Source: Zygophlyctis sp. KS116
Lineage: Eukaryota; Fungi; Chytridiomycota
Assembly: GCA_054661495.1 (NCBI GenBank)
Contig: BAAFSQ010000284.1
Coordinates: forward strand, 1 to 12,987
Direction: 5' to 3'
DNA: 12,987 bases
A program made the translations under genes and the position numbers. Below, piece after piece: positions 1 through 9,000 of this stretch (position 1 is the stretch's first letter; every line of letters begins with the position of its first letter). The notes below the pieces were generated by a model. It was not told the origin of the DNA. It worked only from the letters and a program-made list of their open reading frames with translations, and did not search any database.

Positions 1-210
1 TAAATTTAAAAATACTTGTAAACATGTTTTCTGATCATAAGGAGTTAAATAGTCCATAGCATCATTAAATTGCTTCTGAATCCTAGAAAAACATTCTTTA
101 GATGGAGACTTTTCAAACTCTTTTAAAATCTTAATTTATTTAATGATACCTAGAGTATCTATCATAAACTGTTCCATAAACTCTTGGGCCATTTGAGTCT
201 CACGCATCAT
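1..210 (-). CDS. TBCC: Tubulin-specific chaperone C (TBCC/Cin2-like), N-terminal part; 3'-partial. Exon 1 210(or 192)..150, 30-nt intron 149..120, exon 2 119..16, probable next donor GT at 15
   Basis: Not in the ORF track. Removing GTATCATTAAATAAATTAAGATTTTAAAAG (contains an in-frame TAA) gives (MMRETQ)MAQEFMEQFMIDTLEFEKSPSKECFSRIQKQFNDAMDYLTPYDQKTCLQ. The QKQFNDAMDYLTPYDQK segment resembles the TBCC N-terminal helical domain motif (LQKxxxDxxxFLxxYDxR). Only ~50 aa are visible. Confidence 0.65.
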
Positions 211-740
211 CTTTTTTTTCTAGATCTCGAGACAAGAGTAAATCCATCGGCATCAACAATTGGATTTCTAGAATTATCATTTAGAGATATATCCCCATCA
301 ATTTCCATTTCAACATCCATTTCCATATTCTCATTCATTACTGATCCATCATCAGATCCATTACAACTATCATCCGATGATTCATTCTTGAATTCTGTAG
401 AGCTGATAGGAGCATTCCTTAAAGCTTTTAATAGATCAACTCTTCCTAAAACAACAATCTGATTAAAATGATCTATAAGAGATTTTGAGACTTGAAAAGG
501 TGATCCGTCTTCCAACAGCACACCGAATTCTTCAGATAAATAATCAGATAGATTATCTGCTAAATCATATTCATCGGCATTTGTAGAATAATCTTGAAAA
601 AAAGAGAAAATTGAGTCTTTTAAGTTATTGATTTTGAGAATTGTTGACTGAGGATCACCGCCCAAGTCTAGATCTTTTGCTAATTTAATTGCTGTCCATC
701 GAGAGAGTACTATGGAGATGCATTCATTAAAGTTTTCCAT
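207..740 (-). CDS. TSR2: Pre-rRNA-processing protein TSR2 (eS26/Rps26 escortin), intronless. The ORF extends to an upstream ATG at 791, but the ATG at 740 (MENFNECISIV) fits the domain start better
   Basis: WTAIKLA..LGG (WGG-domain variant), LSDYLSEEFGVLLEDGS motif, acidic linker, and the typical C-terminal DADGFTLVSRSRKKR. Confidence 0.9.
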   Translation of the reverse strand: MENFNECISIVLSRWTAIKLAKDLDLGGDPQSTILKINNLKDSIFSFFQDYSTNADEYDLADNLSDYLSEEFGVLLEDGSPFQVSKSLIDHFNQIVVLGRVDLLKALRNAPISSTEFKNESSDDSCNGSDDGSVMNENMEMDVEMEIDGDISLNDNSRNPIVDADGFTLVSRSRKKR

Positions 741-966
741 TTTAAAATACCAAAACTCTGGATTTGAATTTCTTGGTACACTCCTAGCCATTACCTCCTA
801 AATACAGTAAAAGCAGCAAAATTTGATTTAATGGAATTTTTTCCAAACAAATTTTCGTGTAAAATATTTCTTGAACGTTTTCATAAATGTTAAATGTGGC
901 ACTATTTGTGATTTTAATCATTTTCATGGTTTACCTAGGCAGATTTTTAATGCATCGGTATGTATA
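741..966. promoter_or_regulatory. Putative divergent promoter region between TSR2 (-) and the uncharacterised gene (+)
   Basis: Very AT-rich 226-bp spacer between divergent ATGs (740 and 967). Position only; no specific motif identified. Confidence 0.4.
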
Positions 967-2378
967 ATGTCCCTTGATGTTAGGCGAATAATTAGTTTAA
1001 TGGGTTATCTTTTTAGAGCTTTAATTAATGAAGAAATTGTACATGTTGAATCTAGACTTGATAATCCAATTCTATTGCGGGCAAATAAATTATGTAAAAA
1101 GTACAAGGGGGGTCATAATCTTATAAATGCAATCACCGCATTTAAAGTCGGAGTTCCATATGATCTATTAGTTAAATATTTGGATTTTGCTCAGTTTGCA
1201 CGCAAGAATGCGATTCATCGTTACTTGCTAGTTTATAATCATGAATTGCGTCATGATAAAGATACAATATGGATTTTGTATGAAGGTGTCTACTCTGATT
1301 GGAGGGAAATTCGAAAATATGTGATGTCTGGAGATAAGGAGCTTAAAGGTCGATATTCTCATCAAGGGATTATACATCACTATCTTTATGAATGGGATAC
1401 TCTAAAGCCATTTATAAGGGCTTTATCTCAAAATGAAACAGATGATTTAACTAATATTTCAACGGGACGGCCAGTCCTAATGAGGCATGATTGGGGAAAT
1501 AGATATATTCTTGAAATTTGTGCTTGGATCGTATCAAATCCTAGATTGACAGGAGACCATTTATGGCATAGATTAAAAACTCCTCTTGGTGATGTTTATT
1601 CAGTCGGACAGTATCGTCCTCGTAAATTACAAAATCATGAACAATTTGTTTTTCCAATGAAAATCAAAACTAGTCAGTTTTTTTCACCAGATTTATGTGA
1701 ATTTTGGAAAGGACCTTATACTACTTTATCAATTGAAATTAGTGAAACTCAATTTCTGGATATGAAGAAGAAAATGGAAATGGATCAGAAACGCCAAGAG
1801 CACGTATATCAGCTTTTTGAAGATAATTGTGTCGAATATACAATGTCAATATGTAAAATTGCTGGTGTATACTTTCCTACAAAGCTCCCTATATCGGATA
1901 TCATTTTGAAGAATAAGAAGTTGAAGGATGCAAAATATTCTATTTGGAATTCAGACATTTTACCTGATTCTGTGAAGCTCGTTTGGCATTATACATGGGT
2001 ATTTCTTATAAATGGTATCGCCTTGCTTTTGGGTGCTGGGCTAATCGATCCAAAGGTGTGATTTATAATTAACATATAGGTCAAAGAAAATTCAAAATCT
2101 ATTAATATTGACCCATATATTAAAGATTTAAAAGATTTCGCCGATGCAGATAAGGTTATTTCAAATCATCCTTTTGTGGTTGGTGAATTAATACGCCAGG
2201 ATGTGAAAGAGTGGCGATCTGAGCAGCAAGCCCTTTTATTTCACCGTATGCAAGATTCTAATTCACCAGAGGAACAGGAATTAATCCAAAGAGTATTTTC
2301 TTTTGTTTAAAAATTTAGGAAATCGAAAACTTGCGATATGCTTTACCACCCAAATATAGATTTCCTGTATCATCCTGA
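967..2378 (+). CDS. Uncharacterised ~453-aa protein, putative permuted papain-like (NlpC/P60 superfamily; LRAT/PPPDE-like His...NC) cysteine hydrolase. Exons 967..2055, 2080..2292, 2319..2378
   Basis: First in-frame ATG at 967 (the track start at 871 is TTG). Introns 2056..2079 (24 nt) and 2293..2318 (26 nt) restore the frame to TGA 2376-2378. Motifs GDHLWHRL...VYSVG (His codon 1558-1560) and YQLFEDNC (Cys codon 1828-1830), followed by the hydrophobic segment LVWHYTWVFLINGIALLLGAGLI. The gene model is well supported; the function is inferred. Confidence 0.6.
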
Positions 2379-2386
2379 AACGAAAT

Positions 2387-5300
2387 TCAGCCATCATCAT
2401 CACTTTCCGAACTTTGGATAAAATTTATATCAAATTACCTTTCTTGTCCTTCCGCTTCTTCGATTGGATCAATTACTTCATCGTCTTCATATTCAACATC
2501 TGCTTTCTTCTTCTTGGCTTTCAAAGACTTTGCAGAGGAGCGTTTGGATGAAATTCCCGATATATTCTTGCATGGTATTCGGCTTGAAAACTCCACTGTA
2601 TTGAGTAATGTGTAGAGACCTTTACAGAAATCGATGCCTACCTTTTCAAGTGTTGATATTGAAAATTGAAGAGACTTTTTTCAACTAAACTAGAAATTTA
2701 CCTTCAATTCTCCAATATTGGCACCGCAATATGAGCTTTCCAGGGTGAAACTGTTGATTATTCCAAACTCTTTCCATATAACAATACGAGATGTAGATTC
2801 CTTTGAATTTTCAATCTCAAAACGACAGCTTGGAAAATCAAATACATTACAAGTCGCAGAGCAAATATTAGGGAATACCTAATATTTGATATTTTAGTGT
2901 GTACCTTCTCAAGGTTTTCGTTTTCACCTGGTCCATTCTCACATCCATATATGAATACATTTTTCTTTTTTGAATGACCATGAAAATCGCAAGCCATCTA
3001 GTGCATTAATTTATATGTTTTACCAGAATTTCCTTTCGGGCTCTTGAAATATGTCTCCACAAAAGCTTAGTCCAATATATGGTAGGACTCACTGAAGGCG
3101 ATGGCGATTTCCATTGCCTATTGAGATCCACGCCAGTCAAAGAACACCGATGACTATTGCATAAGTAAAAGTATTTTCACCTTCCGTTTACTACACCATC
3201 TGGGTTCAACATTGGTACAATCTTAAAAATACATTTTTTCCGTAGTTGATCAGCAATATCATTATTACTAAGAAGGAACTGAATTATTCCGTTCATCATA
3301 TGACTACTATTGCTCTCCCCTGGATGTACTCGAGAAGTCAAAAATACATATTTACGCTGTTCAATCGGAAAAGTTGCCAAAGATCCTTTTGATTATAAAG
3401 ATAATTCTTACCAGGATCAAAATCAGTTATGGTGAGAAGTACACATTCATTTCCACCCAAAGTATTACATAAATGCGATCTACGACAGTGTGCCTTATAA
3501 AAAGAATTAGTCAAATAAAGCTGATATAATGATCGCTAATCATTAGTTTAAGACCAATTACCTGCATTTCTGAAAATGAGTATGGATAGTGATATGCTAT
3601 AAAACAAATATCATCTGCACTCTTTCTGGTTACGTGAAATGTTAGAGTGGAGTAACCGGTAGTCGATGATAGCTTATAATGATTTCTTATTGGTTAAATC
3701 TCGTTTCAATCATACTTCATATAAAATACACCCTCTCCGGTACGCTTCCAGCACTTTTCACTCATAGAATAAATAGCTGGCTGCATGCCCTGATTAAATT
3801 GACTACTTGTCTTGCTCATATTGATAATATTGAATTTGTATTGCACCCCCGACTGCATCTTATCAACTGAAAAGTAGAACCACTTACGGTCAAAAAAGAA
3901 ATATATTACCTGATTATGCTTCCCACGAATAGTGTTTATATCAGATTGAAGTATAAGATCATATTCAGTATTTGAGATCTAAAATTTCATTTAACCTGAT
4001 AAACTATTACCTTTATTGCCAATTGAAGATTTCCGCTTTCAAATCTGGAATCAAAGGCAAGCACTCTATTTTTGAGAAATTTATCAGCGATTTACCCATC
4101 AACTGATTGGAATTTTTTTTCTATACTTGAATTCATCACATCGTAAATTAGAGTTCCTTTATACACATGGAAAATCTTTGATGTTTGCTCAAAGAAAGCT
4201 TTCCGTAGCATATTTAGAGACTTCCTGGACTGTGGATCAGGTTCTGAGGAAGAAACAGGGCGTTGGCAGAAACGAGCTCCTGATCCCATAGGCTGAATGT
4301 GTCTTACTTTGATGTTTCCTCCAATACTTTCATGATCTGGAGCGGCTCCTGTGCGTTCAAATACCAATTCAGGACAAAAGCTTTCAAGTTTGTCGATTAC
4401 AACTTTGATTCTTTTTGAATGCAGCTCATCAGCCCCACCGCCTGAATATAAATCTTCTACAAAGAAATTTTCTGCAACATCATCCGCTTTGGTCTTTAAA
4501 GGAAATAATCTATCCTTGATCTCTGATAAAAAAGGCAATTCAGCTTCAGCAAGTGCAGCACGAAGAACTCCATTTAAAAGATATGGAATTGATTGGATGG
4601 TAGTTGAAAATGTTGATCCGTTCGCCTCAGACACTGAAACATTTCAATAGAATCAGCCTTACCTTTCAAGATGGAATCAAGAGAATCTGTAAATATTTTA
4701 ATACCATTAGCATTTTCAAATTGTAGTTTCCCAGTTTCTAAATGTTAAATACGAATTTGTACCTGAGTCAATCAAAATTTTTATCAGCTTTAAAACTGAC
4801 TTCTGAATTATTTCCTGATAACTCTCTTTATACAGTTTCAGAAAAAATTCCATTCCGAAACGTTTTAAAACCTCTTCTTTCCCTGCATCTTATTATGAGC
4901 AAGTAGACTTTTACCTGATTTGGAAATCAAAGACACCAAATCAATTAATATTTCTACTTTTTTAAATATAAGAGGTGATGCTCGAAGTGGGTCTTCGATT
5001 AGATCCACTATATTTGATTTTTGTAGTGTGACTAGATTGTTTTCTACAGGTAAAATTATGTAAACTTACCATTCTTGGCACAAAATATCTTTAATCCTTG
5101 AAATGAAGTTTGACAGCTCTTAGATTCTGGATTATCAAGAAAAAATTGAATTATATCAAGTGTCTGATTGACAGTATCATGTAATCGCTTAGCAGTCACT
5201 AAAATCGTAAACTCTTACAGACATTATTGGCAACTTTGGCTCGTACTTTGCAAGCTTTATCAATAATGTATAAATATTATTGATTGCATCATCCATCTTT

Positions 5301-6050
5301 AGTAGGCTGGCTGCACTGGTATCTACTTGAGCAGATTGTAAAAACAGAGGATGCAGAGACGCAATTGTTTTCAGCAAGACAACTGTAAAGTTTTTCTTTA
5401 CCAGGAATTGCATATTTGAGGCATAACTTTCACCTTTTGACAAAAGCTTTATAAAAATACTTGTAACAGCGATTATAAATTCAAAATCAGTGGAATTTAC
5501 CTATTGATTAATCAAACTTATCACAATATTACTTTTAAAGCCTGTATTAAGACTGAAATATTTGGATTTCCCTTTGTAAAAAGTAATCGGGGCACTTTAA
5601 TATAAATCTTAAAACACTCACATATCGGACTACTTGATGAATCCTTCATCATATATCTCTTAAACTCCATCAAATGACGCAAGATTTTCTTCTTGTGATC
5701 ATCACTAACAGAATCTGTCGATACTTTAGAACAAGTAGACTGCATTGAGGTAGTACTGCTCCGTTCTCCGGACACGCTCGATATTGATTTGTTGGGGCAT
5801 GATTTTATAGAATCCAATGATGTCAGAGAGTTGGATTTTACTTTAAGCAGATTGACATCTTTTGCTTCGGCCTCCAATATTTTGGATATTTGATCCAGCG
5901 CACGAATGACTGGTGAGTTTGCCAAGAATTCCTTTCTAAATTTGTAAATATTAAAGCGATTTTAAGAGATCTTTGACTCTTGATGAATAATGCATACGGT
6001 AATGAAGTATATGATGAAGCCTTCAGCTCCTTCTTCTTGCTCTTCTTCAT
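2387..6050 (-). CDS. AGTPBP1: Cytosolic carboxypeptidase, CCP1/Nna1-like (M14D tubulin deglutamylase), ~1042 aa, 18 introns: 5936-5997, 5501-5532, 5188-5218, 5044-5069, 4889-4914, 4738-4762, 4634-4662, 4066-4095, 3979-4010, 3883-3909, 3686-3715, 3536-3561, 3386-3411, 3154-3180, 2998-3023, 2879-2904, 2675-2701, 2412-2438
   Basis: The spliced frame (3129 nt) contains [33 protein letters not shown] (HxxE zinc site), [31 protein letters not shown] (third zinc ligand) and [27 protein letters not shown] (catalytic Glu). The long helical ARM-like N-terminus points to the CCP1/CCP4 subgroup. The first exon (6050..5998) is the least certain part. Confidence 0.9.
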
Positions 6051-6089
6051 CTTAAAGTTCCGCTGTTAGAATGACGCAATCGTTATCAA
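6051..6089. promoter_or_regulatory. 39-bp spacer between divergent start codons of the carboxypeptidase and CFAP251; candidate bidirectional promoter core
   Basis: CCP ATG at 6050-6048 (-) and CFAP251 ATG at 6090 (+). An in-frame TGA at 6072-6074 prevents simple upstream extension of CFAP251. Confidence 0.5.
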
Positions 6090-9000
6090 ATGAATCTTTC
6101 CTGGGCCTTTGGGATAAATAGTGAAATTCCTGATAATATCCATAATTTATCAAACGCCGATGAGAAATTCATACTTTACTCTGCATCAAACACTGGCATA
6201 ATTTATGATTGGGCGAATGCAAAGCAACGGCATCTAAGAGGTCACTGTAATAAGATCTCTGCAATAGCTACCTCGAAGTGTAAGAAATGGATCATCACAG
6301 CTGATGAAGGAAGTGATTCCTTAATGATCGTTTGGGAAATCAACTTTCGCCAATTACAGCCAGGTATGCCGAATATCTGTGATGCTGTTCCAATTAAAAC
6401 ATTTTTTGGAATTCATAACAATACTGGAGTTCGATCTGCAAAGTTTTCTGCTGATTCAAAGTCGATTGTAACTATCGGTTGCGGTAAGTATAAAATCTAA
6501 ATCTATCTTTTTACGAGGATATCTAATATTAGAAAAAGAGGGAAATCAGACCTTGAGTATTTGGGATTGGCTTAATTCAGATGAACCAGTTGTAACTTTA
6601 AAAATTACAGGAGAATTACAGGTAAGTAGTGGATTATCTGCGCATAATTAAAAAATGCAGATTCATTATATGATGATTTAACATATAGAATCAAGTTTTT
6701 ATTAATCCTGAAAATGAAAAAGAAATTATGACTATAAGTGAAAAATCAGTGAATTTCTTTCAAAGAGAGGAGTCAGGTTTGGTTCAATATGTTCCAAATA
6801 GCTCGTAAGATTTTTAATTTTACAGTTAGAGATTATAGTCATTCCGTTTCTTCATATCGTCATGGGTGTTTCTTTCCAGGAAAGAATGATGCGATCACAG
6901 CAACTTCAGATGGGGAAGTTATAGTTTGGTCTCAAACAAGTTTAAAAGATCTAAGTAGAAAGCAAAAAAATGGTTCAAAATCTGCTATTAAGTACTTGAA
7001 GTAAGTTAGTTGATTACTCAATTGATGCAAGGCTTCATAATTCTGCTATAAATTTTATTTCAGTTGTAAAAGATAAGTATATTATTACTGGCGGGGATGA
7101 TGGCTTTGTCAAAATATTTGATTTACAGGTATTTAAATACCATTTTACCAAAAAGTTCAAAATCATTGCCTGGTTTGAGAAACTATATAGTGGACCAATT
7201 AACTCGGTGTCCGAATCTACTAATGGAGTTCGTAAGATATTTTTATTGATAAAATAGCTGTAATCGCTGGATTAGATGTAACCGAACTTGTAGTTTCCAC
7301 TAATCATGGAAAAGTCTTGTTGCTTCAAAGTCCTTCGATCAGTGATTCATTCGATCACGAGGCTAAAAATATTGTATCAAAAATTGAACCTGGTTGTCCT
7401 AGGGAAAATCCAAATGTTATTCAACTTTTTGAGGGCCAGTATGGACCTATTAGAGCTCTTTCAACTCATCCTAATTTGAACATTTTTGCTTTAGGAGGAG
7501 ATAGTGGTAAAATATTTAAATAACCTGTAAGGATATCTTCAAATTTGGGATCACAATAAAAAAGAGGTTTTGCGATCCAAACGTTTAGTGGAAGAGTTAA
7601 AAGATGAAAAATCACAAGATATTCCAATGAAAATCTCTGCGTTAGCATTTTCTCCAACTGGAAGGACGATAGGTAAAACATTTAAAGTTTTCTAATCATT
7701 TAGCGGTTGGATTTTCAAATGGTTGGATACGATTTATTTCTTCGGATCAGCTAAATGATCTTCCTCAGACAAGATATACTTCTTGTTTCGGATATAATGT
7801 CTCTGACAAAGCTATTCAGCGAATTATATTTTCTGATGACGGTGAACTCATTGCATTTAGTGATGCTAATTATGGGGTGGGTCTATTTAAGAAGCAGCCG
7901 ATAAAAGTCAAACAAGATGAAGAGTTGAAAAATAGTATAGAAAATATTCAGCATCGTATTGAATGGGTATTTATTGGCAAGGCTAAAGCACATACAAAGG
8001 AAATTATAAGTATGGTTTTGTCAATTCAATTATAGATGTACTTTTTATAAGACCCAATGATAAATCTGACAGTTTATCGCTTATATCTATTTCTTCAGAT
8101 AGATCTATCGTAGAGTACAATTTAAAAGATATAAATATTCAAGATGGATTAGTTATTTTGGTAAATATATATTTAAATTAACATTAAGAAAAATCGTAAA
8201 ATCGAGCAGAGTCATAGACCTCTTGCAGCCGTTCTTCTAAAGAAAACTCACAAGTCTCAATCAGAGCAATTTATTTTGACCTTTAATTCAGGACTTAAGC
8301 TCAAACTGTACAATTCAAAAACACAAGTATGTCGCAAAACAGTTCTAGGACCCAGTTTCACTGATGATATGAAGGAACTAAAATTAATTAACGCTAATGA
8401 TAACACGACATATGTTGGGTTTTCAAGTAGAGAAAGAGTAATAGTTTAGTAATTTAATCTTAGGTTGTTGGAATAACTAAATTACCGCTTGATGGAAACC
8501 CTCATCGGTCTATGGGAATAATTGCACATCCTTGTGAAATTTCATCGATTATTCCTACCCTTAATGGTTCATTTCTACTTACTGCTGGATCCACTGACGG
8601 TACTGTGTTTATGTGGACTATTAACTATACCTTGATAGATAAGGAAATCAAAGAAAAAAGACAAGGCACTGACCCATTTATAAATATGCTTGATAATTCT
8701 GGACTTGGAGAAAATGGACCTGCTTATAGAGAGTTGGAAGACTATTTTTACTATGCACAACTACGAACGTAATAATTTTTATATTAATAATAAGCCAAGG
8801 CGAAGACGCTAAAAAAGATCGAAAGATTAGCGACACTGTAAAACTTAGTGAAGTACCTTCTATAATGCAAGCTATGGGCTTCTACGCCACTCAACAGGAA
8901 ATTGATGACATGGTTAATGAAGTCAAATATTCCAAAATTACCGAAGGTGTATCTGAAGTAGAAGTTGATACAATCACCTTTACTGACTTGATTAGATGTA

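Noticed and set aside
184-462. 92-aa plus-strand ORF
   Set aside because: Antisense shadow of the acidic TSR2 region; non-ATG start and no recognisable motif.
871-966. TTG-initiated N-terminal extension of the orphan gene
   Set aside because: Eukaryotic context; the stretch is AT-rich and promoter-like, and the first ATG is at 967.
3679-4650. Plus-strand ORFs 3679..3870 and 4351..4650
   Set aside because: Antisense to carboxypeptidase exons and introns, with no independent coding signal.
5838-6050. 70-aa minus-strand ORF as a separate small gene
   Set aside because: Better explained as carboxypeptidase exon 1 reading on into intron 1 and then out of frame.
6051-6095. RFX X-box in the divergent ciliary promoter
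   Set aside because: GTT-starting segments are present, but none matches GTYNCY-AT-RGNAAC acceptably.
6670-6711. Box C (ATGATGA) in CFAP251 intron 2 suggesting an intronic C/D snoRNA
   Set aside because: The box lies near the intron's 3' end, and the nearest CTGA is in the next exon, leaving no room for a snoRNA.
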